This document shows, piece after piece, positions 29,125 through 39,050 of a DNA stretch of 64,000 nucleotides; the first letter of the stretch is position 1; each line of letters begins with the position of its first letter. Source of the stretch: Bacillota bacterium. Lineage in GTDB: Bacteria > Bacillota > Clostridia > Christensenellales > SZUA-584. The notes below the pieces were generated by a model. That model had not been told where the DNA came from and searched no databases. It saw only the letters and a list, made by a program, of their open reading frames with translations. The stretch is taken from assembly GCA_023415915.1 (NCBI GenBank), contig JAEZIZ010000083.1:124336-188335 (forward strand). Direction: 5' to 3'. A program made the position numbers and the translations under genes.

Positions 29125-30441
29125 CTAGAAAGGCATCTTCATCATGCCGCCCTTGCCGCGCTTCGACATGCTCTTTATCATCTTTGTCATCTGCTCGAAC
29201 TGCCCGAGAAGCCTGTTTATGTCCTGCACCTGCGTACCGCTGCCTCGCGCTATCCTCTTCTTGCGGCTGCCGCTAATTATAGAAGGGTTCCTGCGCTCTG
29301 CTGGCGTCATCGATTTTATTATTGCTTCGGTGCGCGCCATCTGCTTTTCGTCTACCTGCATGCCGGCAAGCTTGTTTCCTCCCGGTATCATAGACAGCAT
29401 ATCGCCCAGGTTGCCCATTTTTTTTAGCTGCCCCATCTGTTCAAGGAAGTCTTCCAGCGTAAACTCCGCTTTACGCAGCTTCTTTTCCAGCGCGGCTGCT
29501 TTGTCCATCTCAAAGCTCTGCTCCGCTTTCTCGATAAGTGAGAGCACGTCGCCCATGCCGAGTATGCGGCCAGCCATCCTGTCCGGATGGAAAACCTCTA
29601 CGTCCTCGAGCTTTTCGCCCACGCCCGCAAACTTTATCGGCTTGCCTGTGACAGCTTTAACGGAGATCGCAGCGCCGCCCCTGGTGTCGCCGTCCAGCTT
29701 CGTAATCACTACGCCGTCGAGCTCCAGGTTTTCATTGAAAGCGGCAGCGGCGTTTACGGCGTCCTGTCCTGTCATAGCATCCACCACGAGCAGCTTCTCA
29801 TGCGGCTTTATAGCCGCGTCCACGCGCTTTAGCTCCTCCATCATTTCGCTGTCTATATGCAGCCTGCCCGCCGTATCGAGTATAAGTATGTCTGCGAGCT
29901 TCTTCTGAGCCTCCGCCAACGCCTGCTTCGCTGTAAGCACCGGGTCCTGCTGGCCGCGCTCAAAGAACAAAGCGCCCGCGTTGCCCGCCAATATCTCGAG
30001 CTGCTTTATAGCCGCAGGGCGGTATATATCGAGAGCCGCGAGCATTACGGTTTTACCCGTCTTGCCCCACATCTTGGCCAGTTTGCCGCACATAGTGGTT
30101 TTGCCCGAACCCTGCAGGCCGCACATCATAACAACGGTGGGCGGGTTTGACGCGAAGTTAACCGGAACTTGCTTTTCGCCCAGCGTTTTTACCATCTCGT
30201 CGCGTACTATCTTTATTACCTGCTGTCCGGGGGTAAGGCTTTTTAGCACTTCCTCGCCCACAGCCCTGTCCGTTACATTCTGTATGAAGCTCTTAACAAC
30301 CTTGAAGTTGACGTCCGCTTCGAGCAGCACGAGCTTTACCTCTCGCATCGCCGCTTTTACGTCCACTTCGGTCAGTTTTCCCCTGTTTGTTATCTTAGAG
30401 AATACGTGCTGCAGTTTTTCGGAAAGGCCTTCAAACGCCAT
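29125..30441 (-). CDS. ffh: signal recognition particle protein Ffh
   Basis: GLQGSGKTT, DTAGR, TKLDGD and a Met-rich C-terminal M domain. Confidence 0.97.
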   Translation of the reverse strand: MAFEGLSEKLQHVFSKITNRGKLTEVDVKAAMREVKLVLLEADVNFKVVKSFIQNVTDRAVGEEVLKSLTPGQQVIKIVRDEMVKTLGEKQVPVNFASNPPTVVMMCGLQGSGKTTMCGKLAKMWGKTGKTVMLAALDIYRPAAIKQLEILAGNAGALFFERGQQDPVLTAKQALAEAQKKLADILILDTAGRLHIDSEMMEELKRVDAAIKPHEKLLVVDAMTGQDAVNAAAAFNENLELDGVVITKLDGDTRGGAAISVKAVTGKPIKFAGVGEKLEDVEVFHPDRMAGRILGMGDVLSLIEKAEQSFEMDKAAALEKKLRKAEFTLEDFLEQMGQLKKMGNLGDMLSMIPGGNKLAGMQVDEKQMARTEAIIKSMTPAERRNPSIISGSRKKRIARGSGTQVQDINRLLGQFEQMTKMIKSMSKRGKGGMMKMPF

Positions 30442-30763
30442 TGTCGTTCCCCCATATATCGGAAATCTCGTCTATTATCTCTTTCATTTCATTATCGCCT
30501 GCGAGCATGCGGGCTTTTTCAATAGCGACGTTTGTGCGCTGACGCCTTTCACAGAGCCCCAAAGCCTGCTCGAACGATATAAGCTTTTGTCTTGCCTTGC
30601 TGATGCCGTCCCGCGACGCCTGCCTTGTCGTGCGCTCAATCTCCGCGATCTCGGAAAGCGAGTAATCCTGGTTGTAATACATATCGCACAACCGCAGCTG
30701 TTTTTCGGTAAGCAGCCCCGAATACACATCGAGCAGCATCACGGTTTCAAGATCCTTCTCCAC
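30431..30763 (-). CDS. ylxM: UPF0122 putative DNA-binding protein YlxM
   Basis: 110 aa with YYNQDYSLSEIAE sigma-70 region-4-like HTH. Lies upstream of ffh and overlaps it. Confidence 0.88.
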   Translation of the reverse strand: MEKDLETVMLLDVYSGLLTEKQLRLCDMYYNQDYSLSEIAEIERTTRQASRDGISKARQKLISFEQALGLCERRQRTNVAIEKARMLAGDNEMKEIIDEISDIWGNDNGV

Positions 30764-30781
30764 TCCGGCCCACCTGTAAAC

Positions 30782-30818
30782 AAAAATAAAAGCTGTAAAG
30801 CTAATTTACTTCACAGCT
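30782..30818 (-). terminator. terminator after ftsY
   Basis: On the minus strand, AGCUGUGAAG, loop, CUUUACAGCU, then UUUAUUUUUG. Confidence 0.6.
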
Positions 30819-30853
30819 ATTTTAATTTAAATTTAATCTGTTGTCAACAGCGT

Positions 30854-31759
30854 TTATTCCAAAAGATTCGCCGCGAACGCTTCCGCGTCGAACGGCTGCA
30901 GGTCTTCCATGCCTTCGCCGACGCCTAAGAACACTACGGGCAAATTCAGCTCTGCGGATATCGCGCATACTATGCCGCCCTTGGCGGTGCCGTCTATCTT
31001 AGTAAGTATTATGCCCGAAAGATCCGCAACCTGCCTGAATTCCCTCGCCTGCGCTATTGCGTTCTGCCCGGTTGTCGCGTCTATAACGAGGTATGTGCGC
31101 TTTTCGGCTTCGCCGTACGACTTGTCTATTACCCTGTTTATCTTTTCAAGCTCGTTCATAAGGTTCTTCTTGTTGTGTAGGCGACCCGCGGTGTCGCAGA
31201 TAAGCAGGTCAATGCCCCTGTGCTTTACGGAATCTATCGCGTCATATACTACCGCCGCGGGGTCCGCCCCTTCGCCGTATTTTATCACCTTAGCGCCCGA
31301 ACGTTCGCCCCACTTGGAAAGCTGCTCGGCAGCAGCGGCGCGGAAAGTATCGGCAGCCGCAAGGTATACGCTTTTGCCCTGCGATATATAATAATGCGAC
31401 ATCTTGCCTATCGCGGTAGTCTTGCCCACGCCGTTCACGCCCACCACGAGCATAACGCACGGGAAAGAAGGCTCGGGAAGGTCAAACGTCAAAAGATCCG
31501 TTATTAGGCCTTTAAGCAGCTCTTTTACGCTTGACGTCTCCGTAATCTTGCTGTCCTTTACTTCTTTGCGCAGCCACTCCATTATTTTACCTGTTGCTTC
31601 CACGCCTATGTCGCAGAGTATCAGCGTCTCTTCGAGCTCTTCGTAAAACTCCTCGTCTATCTTCTTAAACGTGGCGATTATGCCGCCCACTTTTGAGGAT
31701 ATATTATCGCGGGTCTTTTTAAGCCCGCCCTTTATCTTGTCAAATATACTGTTATTCAT
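30854..31759 (-). CDS. ftsY: signal recognition particle receptor FtsY
   Basis: GVNGVGKTT, DTAGR and TKIDGTAKGG. Short N-terminal domain, 301 aa. Confidence 0.96.
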   Translation of the reverse strand: MNNSIFDKIKGGLKKTRDNISSKVGGIIATFKKIDEEFYEELEETLILCDIGVEATGKIMEWLRKEVKDSKITETSSVKELLKGLITDLLTFDLPEPSFPCVMLVVGVNGVGKTTAIGKMSHYYISQGKSVYLAAADTFRAAAAEQLSKWGERSGAKVIKYGEGADPAAVVYDAIDSVKHRGIDLLICDTAGRLHNKKNLMNELEKINRVIDKSYGEAEKRTYLVIDATTGQNAIAQAREFRQVADLSGIILTKIDGTAKGGIVCAISAELNLPVVFLGVGEGMEDLQPFDAEAFAANLLE

Positions 31760-31798
31760 GCATTCTCCGCCTTTTAACCGCCCAAAGTACGCGGTACC

Positions 31799-34700
31799 TT
31801 AGTCAAGCCGCACGGAAAGCAGCTTGGAAACGCCTTTCTCCTCCATAGCGAAGCCGTAAAGGCTGTCGCATATTACCATCGTGGGCTTTTTATGCGTAAT
31901 CACTATGAACTGCATCTTCTGCGCATATTTCTGCAGATAATCCGCGAGCTTATACACGTTGGCGTCGTCGAGCGCCGCGTCAATCTCGTCGAGTATGCAC
32001 ACTGGCGACGGGTTTATTTTAAGCAGCGCAAAAAGCAGCGCTATTGCGGTAAGCGCCTTCTCGCCGCCCGAGAGCAGCGATATCTTCTGCAGCTTCTTGC
32101 CCGGAGGCTCCGCTATTATTTCTATGCCGCACTCCATAATATCCTCATCGTCCTCGAGCACCAGACGCGCGCTTCCGCCGCTGAAAAGCTCCTGAAACGT
32201 CTGGTTGAAGTACCTGTTAATCTGCTCGAAGCTCGTTTTAAACGTCTTTTTCATCTCATCGACCAGCGAAGCAATCAGCTTGCGCAGGTCTTCTTCGGCG
32301 ACGATAAGATCGTCCTTTTGCGTGGTCAGCGTTTCCATGCGTTGTTTTAACTCAGCGTAATCTTCTATCGCGTTTGGGTTTACGCTGCCCATTTCCCTTA
32401 TCTTTTCCCTTATCTGCTCCGCTTCATTCTGCGCTTCCGATATGTTGATATTCTCCCGTTCGGGAAGCGCGTTGGCATATGTAAGCCTGTAAGTATCCCA
32501 GAGCTTGTTCTGCGCGTCCTGTATGCTTGTTTCCGCCTTTTCAACGTTGAAATCAGTACGCATCAGCTTTTCGCCCAAGTCGCTTATTTCCTTGCGCAGC
32601 GAGATAATTGATTCGTCCTTCTGCACAAGCGCTCTATTTAGGCTTTCCCTTTCGCCCGATATATGGCTTTGGCTTTTTCTTATCTGCTCCGTTGCCAAAG
32701 TTTTTTGCTTGTAAAGCATTTCAAGCTGCTGCCTTAATTTTATAAGGTTTTCCTTGCTCTCGGCGTTAAGCTCGAGCGTTTTGCTTTTCACCGCCTTTGA
32801 TTTGTCAAGTTCCAGCTTTTCACGCTCTATGCGCTCGTTGTCGCTTACCAGCGACGCGCTTTCCCTGTAAAGCTCCGCTATCCTAATATCCGTGTCGTGC
32901 AGCAGCTTGCGCTTTTCTTCGACGACGGAAGCGTTCCTGCTGTATTCCTCCTCAAGCCGCTTGCAATCCTCGTCCTTTGCTTCGCTTATATGCTCAAGGT
33001 CGCTTCGTAGCGCGTCGTATTCTGTAAGCTGCCCTTCTACCGAGGAAAGATCGCTTTTCAGTTCTTCTATTTGAGCCTTGCATTCGTTCACGGTTTTTTC
33101 CGCTTCGGCGGCGGAAGCTTCCGCGGCCTCCAGCTTTTCCCGCACTGCCGACATGTCTACTTCGTTGGCATGAAGCTGCTGGCTCGCGCTCTCTATATCG
33201 TCAAGTATCGACTCGTATTCCTTCTGCTTCGCGGCGATAACTGCTTCCGTCTCGGAAATCTTTTTTGACAGCTCCGCTTCGCGTGCCTTTAGCTCTTCCT
33301 CTTTTCTGTCGCGCGATATGAGGCCCGATACTTCCCGCTTTGTGCTGCCGCCGGTTATCGCTCCTCCCGGGTTGAATATGTCGCCGTCTATCGTTACCGC
33401 ACGGAACGAGTAACCGTTCTCGCGCATTACTCTTATAGCGGTGTCGCTGCTGTCGACTATAACCGTGCGCCCGAGCAGGAAGTCGGCAGCCTTTTTCACA
33501 TCCCCGCCGCACGAAACGAGATCGCTCGCCACGCCGTATATGCCTTTATCTTTCAGCGATTTTCTTTCTTGGTCGCTTAAATAGCGCGGGCGCAGAGCGC
33601 TTAACGGAAGGAATGTTACTCTGCCTAAGTCGTTGCTGCGAAGGAACGATATCAGCGACTTAGCGTCGTCTTCGTCGCCTACCACCACATCCTGAAGCGC
33701 CTGCCCCAAGGTTATCTCTATCGCGGTTTCGAACTTCTGAGGCACGCTGATTAGGTCTGCAAAAGTGCCTATTATCCTCCGCGCCAAACTGCCGTCCTGT
33801 TTTGCCGCGTTCATCAGCCGTTTTACGCTGCCTATATAGCCCTCGTAGCTGTTTTTCATGTCGCCCAGCATGCGCAGCGACGACGTGCAGGCCGCGTGTT
33901 CGCGCTTTAAGCCTTCAAGAAGCTTTAGCAGCGCCGCCGATTCTTCCTGCGCTTTGTTCCTTGCGGCAACATATCCATTGTAGCGCTCCCTTACCTCGGA
34001 GCTTTTGGCAGCCGAGAGCTCTAATTCGCTTTTCAGCCTTGCTTGCAGCGCCGTATACTCCTCGCGCTGTTTTTCCAGCGACTCTAAGCGCTGCGCCGCT
34101 TCGGCCGCCTGCCGCTTTAAGAACTGCTGCTTTTCATTGAGCGCGGAAAGCGCGCTCTTTACGTCGCCTATTTTCTCTATTGCCTTGAGCCTGTCTACCT
34201 GCGCGGCTTCAATAAATTTAACCCTGTCCTGATAATCGCCCGTAAGCTTTGCTATCTCATCGCTTATTTGCGAGGCGGTGTTTTTAAGGGTTTTTATCTC
34301 ATTATCTATATCGCTTATACGATGAGAATTGGCCGCTATGCTTTTATCCAGAGCTCCGCGCTTTGCGGTTAATTCCTTTATTTCCTCCTCAACGCGCCGC
34401 GAATCCTTTTCTAGGTTTGCCATACGCTCGTTGCAGAGCTTTATCTCGCCTTCGACGCGCTGCACTTCCGCAAGGCTTACGCTCAGCTTGTCGGAAAGCT
34501 CGCTGCCTGCCTTTTCCAGCGTCTTAGCGTTTTCCTGCTCGGCTAAATACAGCTGCTCCAGTTCTTTTAATTCTTCGCGTTTTCTTTCTCGTTCCTCCGA
34601 AAGCGACAGCTTTGTCTGCTTCAGCTTTTCTATCCTCTCCTTGCCGGATTCGTAGCTGTGGAGAAAAAGGTTAACCTCTAAGTGTTTAAGCCTCTCGCTG

Positions 34701-35353
34701 AGGTTTAAGTATTCCATAGCCTCGTCGGCTTGCACTTTCAGCGGTTCGAGCCGCAGCCGCTGCTCTTGGAGTATATCCTCTATGCGTATAAGGTTAAAAC
34801 GCGTCTTTTCAAGCTTGCGCTCCGCTTCCTCTTTGCGCACGCGGTATTTCATTATGCCCGAAGCTTCTTCAAAAACGCGCCTTCTGTCCACAGAACGCTC
34901 GCTTAAAATCTCGTCTATCCTGCCCTGCCCGATTATCGAATAGCCTTCCTTGCCTATGCCCGTGTCGCGGAACATAGAAAGTATATCCTTAAGCCTGCAC
35001 TTGGCGCCGTTTATGTAATACTCGCCTTCGCCCGAGCTGTAGAGTTTGCGCGTTATCTGTATTTCCGAGAACGCAGAATCCACGCGTTTGTCGCTGTTAT
35101 CGAATATGAGCGATACTTCGCAGAACGAGCGCGGCTTGCGCGTCTGCGTGCCCGCAAATATGACGTCCTGCATAACGGTTCCCCGAAGCGTTTTAGGGCT
35201 CTGTTCTCCCAGCACCCATCTTACCGCGTCGGAAACGTTGCTCTTGCCGCTTCCGTTAGGGCCGACAACTCCCGTTATCGATCCGTTCATGTTTATTACC
35301 GTTTTTTCCGGGAACGATTTGAATCCCGACATTTCTATCGACTTCAGAAACAA
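31799..35353 (-). CDS. smc: chromosome segregation protein SMC
   Basis: 1184 aa with N-terminal Walker A GPNGSGKSN, long coiled coils around a hinge, and C-terminal LSGGEK signature with ILDEIDAALD. Confidence 0.97.
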   Translation of the reverse strand: MFLKSIEMSGFKSFPEKTVINMNGSITGVVGPNGSGKSNVSDAVRWVLGEQSPKTLRGTVMQDVIFAGTQTRKPRSFCEVSLIFDNSDKRVDSAFSEIQITRKLYSSGEGEYYINGAKCRLKDILSMFRDTGIGKEGYSIIGQGRIDEILSERSVDRRRVFEEASGIMKYRVRKEEAERKLEKTRFNLIRIEDILQEQRLRLEPLKVQADEAMEYLNLSERLKHLEVNLFLHSYESGKERIEKLKQTKLSLSEERERKREELKELEQLYLAEQENAKTLEKAGSELSDKLSVSLAEVQRVEGEIKLCNERMANLEKDSRRVEEEIKELTAKRGALDKSIAANSHRISDIDNEIKTLKNTASQISDEIAKLTGDYQDRVKFIEAAQVDRLKAIEKIGDVKSALSALNEKQQFLKRQAAEAAQRLESLEKQREEYTALQARLKSELELSAAKSSEVRERYNGYVAARNKAQEESAALLKLLEGLKREHAACTSSLRMLGDMKNSYEGYIGSVKRLMNAAKQDGSLARRIIGTFADLISVPQKFETAIEITLGQALQDVVVGDEDDAKSLISFLRSNDLGRVTFLPLSALRPRYLSDQERKSLKDKGIYGVASDLVSCGGDVKKAADFLLGRTVIVDSSDTAIRVMRENGYSFRAVTIDGDIFNPGGAITGGSTKREVSGLISRDRKEEELKAREAELSKKISETEAVIAAKQKEYESILDDIESASQQLHANEVDMSAVREKLEAAEASAAEAEKTVNECKAQIEELKSDLSSVEGQLTEYDALRSDLEHISEAKDEDCKRLEEEYSRNASVVEEKRKLLHDTDIRIAELYRESASLVSDNERIEREKLELDKSKAVKSKTLELNAESKENLIKLRQQLEMLYKQKTLATEQIRKSQSHISGERESLNRALVQKDESIISLRKEISDLGEKLMRTDFNVEKAETSIQDAQNKLWDTYRLTYANALPERENINISEAQNEAEQIREKIREMGSVNPNAIEDYAELKQRMETLTTQKDDLIVAEEDLRKLIASLVDEMKKTFKTSFEQINRYFNQTFQELFSGGSARLVLEDDEDIMECGIEIIAEPPGKKLQKISLLSGGEKALTAIALLFALLKINPSPVCILDEIDAALDDANVYKLADYLQKYAQKMQFIVITHKKPTMVICDSLYGFAMEEKGVSKLLSVRLD

Positions 35354-35436
35354 TATTAAAGCCCGCCTTAATAAAGAATTAATAAGCTTAAGAACGCTCT
35401 TAACAAACTGCTTAAGACTGTAAATGGTAGTCCTGC

Positions 35437-35459
35437 AAAAAAAAATCGGCTTAAGCCGA
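35437..35459 (-). terminator. terminator after spoVS
   Basis: Palindrome TCGGCTTAAGCCGA followed on the minus strand by U9. Confidence 0.8.
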
Positions 35460-35472
35460 GATGATTTAAGCT

Positions 35473-35733
35473 TTAGCGTATCTCCACAAATAGTTTTATG
35501 GAAGTCCTCGTTACTCCGTCTATTTCGACGTTTGCAAACGCAGGTATTACAACGAGGTCTATCCCCCTTGGCGCCATAAACCCTCTTGTAATCGCTATTG
35601 CCTTTATTGCCTGATTGACAGCGCCCGCGCCTACCGCAATGACCTCTGCTTTGTGGTAATCATTTATCATGGCAGCTATGGCGCCTGCAACTGATTTAGG
35701 TTGTGATTTTGTCGAAACTCTTAATGGCTCCAT
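35473..35733 (-). CDS. spoVS: stage V sporulation protein S
   Basis: 86 aa, MEPLRVSTKSQPKSVAGAIA...GAGAVNQAIKAIAI, highly characteristic of SpoVS. Confidence 0.93.
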   Translation of the reverse strand: MEPLRVSTKSQPKSVAGAIAAMINDYHKAEVIAVGAGAVNQAIKAIAITRGFMAPRGIDLVVIPAFANVEIDGVTRTSIKLFVEIR

Positions 35734-35799
35734 AATAACCCCAACTAAAATACATGATGCCTAATTATAGCAAATAATAATTCAGATGTATATATTTAT

Positions 35800-36126
35800 T
35801 TATAAAACAGCATCTATCATATTTTTTATCTTGTCTTTGCCAACCACCCCGACGGATTTTTGAACCGCATTTCCGTCCTTGAAAAGTATCAGCGTGGGGA
35901 TGCTCATCACTCCGAACTTCTGTGCGAGCGCTTCCTGCTCATCTATGTTTATCTTGCCTACCAGTATTTTGCCCTCGTAATTCTGCGCTATCTCGTCAAT
36001 GACGGGCGACAGCATGCGGCAGGGCGTGCACCATTCCGCCCAGAAATCTACCAGAACAGGTTTGTCGCTTTTAATTACGGTATCGTTGAAGTTCTCGTTC
36101 GTTATTTCTGCAATCTTATCTGACAT
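35800..36126 (-). CDS. trxA: thioredoxin (active site WCTPC instead of WCGPC)
   Basis: 108 aa with VLVDFWAEWCTPCRMLSP and the conserved cis-Pro segment MSIPTLILF. Confidence 0.9.
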   Translation of the reverse strand: MSDKIAEITNENFNDTVIKSDKPVLVDFWAEWCTPCRMLSPVIDEIAQNYEGKILVGKINIDEQEALAQKFGVMSIPTLILFKDGNAVQKSVGVVGKDKIKNMIDAVL

Positions 36127-36141
36127 CGCCGTACTCCTTGA

Positions 36142-36588
36142 TCATTTCGTTTCGTTGTCTTTATCCTGTTTCCTGTCCACCATACGGTATACGTTAGTAA
36201 CAGTCTTATTATATAACGGATACGCCACTTTTAACAGCAAAAAGGACAAAATGGCAAAAATAATTCCGCAAATAGCCATTGTTACGTCCGTATTCGGGAA
36301 TACTCCCCACACTCCGGACAGCAGCCAGCCGAAAACAACGCCGAGTATCAGCATAATAAGAGGGACTACGTAAGCTATAGCGGAGGCTTTTAATGCCTTT
36401 TTCATAGTTATCTCAACGGAAACGTAATCCCCTGCCGACACGTTTAGTTCGTTCTCCATCTCGACCACTATCTCGTTCTGATTCGACAAAAGCCCGCAGG
36501 CGCCGCATTTACCGCACGCGGACGTACGGTGAAACTTAACATACGCAGTGTTTCCCTTTATATCCACGACTTCGCCGTATTCAGTCAT
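36142..36588 (-). CDS. RseC/MucC (SoxR-reducing system) family membrane protein
   Basis: N-terminal CGKCGACG motif followed by two TM helices, 148 aa. Confidence 0.75.
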   Translation of the reverse strand: MTEYGEVVDIKGNTAYVKFHRTSACGKCGACGLLSNQNEIVVEMENELNVSAGDYVSVEITMKKALKASAIAYVVPLIMLILGVVFGWLLSGVWGVFPNTDVTMAICGIIFAILSFLLLKVAYPLYNKTVTNVYRMVDRKQDKDNETK

Positions 36589-37272
36589 CTATTCCTCCCG
36601 CGCGATATCCCTTATCACTTCTCCGGCCAATGTAAGCCCGCAGAGCCCCGGCATATACGAAACGCTCGATATCGGCTCTCCCGCCGCCGGAGTCAGCATA
36701 GCCTTCTCGTCGCAGCAGACACATTTTAGTTTCTCTATATTCCTCTTGCGCAGTTCCCTGCGCATTACTTTTGCAAGCCCGTCGTTCTTTGTTTCCGTTA
36801 TGTCCGTCACGCGAAATATGCCGCTCGTTCTGTTGCCTGCGCCCATCGCCGATATCACGGGAATGCCCGCCCGCATGCACGCAGTTATTATTGCGAGCTT
36901 GGCCGTCACATTATCAACGGCGTCTACGGCATAAGTGATTCCTTCGATAAGCGACGCTATATTTCCTTCTTCGACGAACACTTTTTCAGACGTTACGCGG
37001 CAGCCAGGGTTAATATCCTCAATGCGCGCCTTCATCAGCTCAACTTTAGGCTTGCCCAGCGTTCTTGTAAGCGCTATTATCTGGCGGTTTATGTTTGTCG
37101 CTTCAACGTCGTCGCTGTCGACGAGCTTTATACCGCCCACGGCAGCGCGGGCAAGCGCCTCGGCCGCGTAGCCGCCGACGCCTCCTATGCCGAAAACTGC
37201 AACTCTGGCAGCTTTAAGCCTCTTTATTCCTTCTTGCCCAAAAAGCTTTTCCTGCCGCGAGAAATCACTCAA
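36589..37272 (-). CDS. tcdA: tRNA threonylcarbamoyladenosine dehydratase (ThiF/E1-like)
   Basis: VAVFGIGGVGGYAAEALARA Rossmann motif, ThiF-family length (227 aa). Overlaps the aspS stop by 4 nt. Confidence 0.85.
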   Translation of the reverse strand: MSDFSRQEKLFGQEGIKRLKAARVAVFGIGGVGGYAAEALARAAVGGIKLVDSDDVEATNINRQIIALTRTLGKPKVELMKARIEDINPGCRVTSEKVFVEEGNIASLIEGITYAVDAVDNVTAKLAIITACMRAGIPVISAMGAGNRTSGIFRVTDITETKNDGLAKVMRRELRKRNIEKLKCVCCDEKAMLTPAAGEPISSVSYMPGLCGLTLAGEVIRDIAREE

Positions 37273-39050
37273 GCCTTTACCTTCAATCCCAGCTCTTTAA
37301 GCTGCTTTTCGGATACGGCGCCGGGCGCGCCCGTCATCGGGCAGGACGCGTTCTGCACTTTGGGGAAAGCTATTACGTCGCGAATGGACTGCCGCCCTAG
37401 TATAAGCATAGCGAGCCTGTCGAGCCCGAAAGCCAGCCCGCCGTGAGGAGGAGCGCCATATTTGAGCGCTTCAAGCAGAAATCCAAAGCTCTCCCACGCC
37501 TGTTCCTTAGTAAAGCCGAGCGCCTTTAGCATCCTTTCCTGCACTTCCGAGTTGTGTATCCTTATGCTTCCGCCGCCCAGCTCGTTGCCGTTAAGCACCA
37601 TATCGTACGCCTTAGCGTATACGTTCGCAGGGTCCGTTTCCAGTTTATCGAGGTCCTCGTCCTTGGGCGACGTGAACGGATGATGCATCGCAACGTACCG
37701 CTTCTCTTCTTCGCTGTATTCAAACTGCGGGAAATCGACGACCCAAAGCAGATTGAAAGCGTTCTTATCAATAAGTCCGAGCTTTTCCGCAAGCTTTAAA
37801 CGAAGGTTGCCCAGCGAGTCGTACACAACCTTGTTTTTGTCGCCCACGAAGAAAATAAGATCGCCGGTCTTCGCGTCGATGCGCTTTAACAGAGCGTCCA
37901 GCTCCTCATCGCTGAAGAACTTCGTTATAGGCGACTGCATGCCCTCCTCTTTCATCGATATCCAGGCCATACCTTTGGCGCCGTACACCTTTACGAAATC
38001 AACGAGTGCGTCTATCTCGCGCCTCGCGAACTTGTCTACCGCGCCCTTTACGTTTAATGTCCTTACGCTGCCGCCGTTCTTTACGACGGACGAGAACACC
38101 TGAAAGCCGGAGTTTTCCACGATATCGCTTACGTCCACCAGTTCGAGCCCGAAGCGCGTGTCCGGCTTATCGGAGCCGTACCTGTCCATGGCTTCTTTCC
38201 ATGTAAGCCGCGGAAGCGGAAGAGGTATGTCTATATCCAACACCTGCTTGAATATATAAGCTATCAGCCCTTCGTTCAGTGTTATCACGTCGTCCACATC
38301 GACGAAAGACATCTCAAGGTCTATCTGCGTGAATTCCGGCTGGCGGTCTGCGCGCAGGTCTTCGTCGCGGAAGCATTTTACTATCTGGTAGTACCTGTCG
38401 AAGCCCGACATCATAAGCACCTGCTTCAATGTCTGCGGAGACTGCGGCAGCGCGTAAAACATGCCTTCGTGTATTCTTGACGGCACAAGATAATCCCTCG
38501 CGCCCTCCGGCGTGCTCTTGGTAAGCATAGGCGTTTCTATCTCAATAAAGCCGTTTTTATTAAGGTACTCCCTCGCCGCGTTGGCTATCTGGCTCCTTAC
38601 AAGCAGATTCTTTTGCATTACAGGCCTTCTTAAGTCGAGATACCTGTATTTTAGACGCACTTCTTCCCTTACCGGCGAATCGTCGGATATCTCAAACGGC
38701 GGCGTCTGCGCCTTATTTAAAACTTTAAGCTCCTTAACCCTTACCTCAATAAGACCGGTGGGCAGCTTTTCATTTACAGTCTCGGGATCCCGCTTTACTA
38801 TCTTGCCACTTACGGCAATGACAAACTCGTTGCGCAGGCTCTCTACGCGCGCAAAGTCGCCTTCGAAATACGACTCGTCGAACACTATCTGCATTATGCC
38901 CGTCCTGTCCCTAAGGTCAATAAATATAAGTGACCCTAGGTTCCTTCTCGTCTGCACCCATCCCATCAGCGTAACGTCGCGGCCGACGTCGCCGAGCGTA
39001 AAATTCTCGCAATAGTCTGTTCTTTTCCATCCTTGCATAAACTCGCTCAT
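37269..39050 (-). CDS. aspS: aspartate--tRNA ligase
   Basis: 593 aa bacterial type with class II motifs FRDEDLRADRQPEFTQ and GGLAFGLDR. Confidence 0.97.
   Translation of the reverse strand: MSEFMQGWKRTDYCENFTLGDVGRDVTLMGWVQTRRNLGSLIFIDLRDRTGIMQIVFDESYFEGDFARVESLRNEFVIAVSGKIVKRDPETVNEKLPTGLIEVRVKELKVLNKAQTPPFEISDDSPVREEVRLKYRYLDLRRPVMQKNLLVRSQIANAAREYLNKNGFIEIETPMLTKSTPEGARDYLVPSRIHEGMFYALPQSPQTLKQVLMMSGFDRYYQIVKCFRDEDLRADRQPEFTQIDLEMSFVDVDDVITLNEGLIAYIFKQVLDIDIPLPLPRLTWKEAMDRYGSDKPDTRFGLELVDVSDIVENSGFQVFSSVVKNGGSVRTLNVKGAVDKFARREIDALVDFVKVYGAKGMAWISMKEEGMQSPITKFFSDEELDALLKRIDAKTGDLIFFVGDKNKVVYDSLGNLRLKLAEKLGLIDKNAFNLLWVVDFPQFEYSEEEKRYVAMHHPFTSPKDEDLDKLETDPANVYAKAYDMVLNGNELGGGSIRIHNSEVQERMLKALGFTKEQAWESFGFLLEALKYGAPPHGGLAFGLDRLAMLILGRQSIRDVIAFPKVQNASCPMTGAPGAVSEKQLKELGLKVKA

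Noticed and set aside
29981-30928. A 315-aa plus-strand ORF spanning ffh, ylxM and ftsY antisense. Similar long antisense ORFs occur at 29144..29908, 47113..47817, 14760..15467, 9161..9712, 54987..55439 and 56791..57462.
   Set aside because: All lie entirely opposite strongly supported housekeeping genes and have Ser/Leu/Cys/Phe-rich low-complexity translations. None has an RBS or a recognisable motif. Open antisense frames are expected when the sense strand avoids TTA/CTA/TCA codons.
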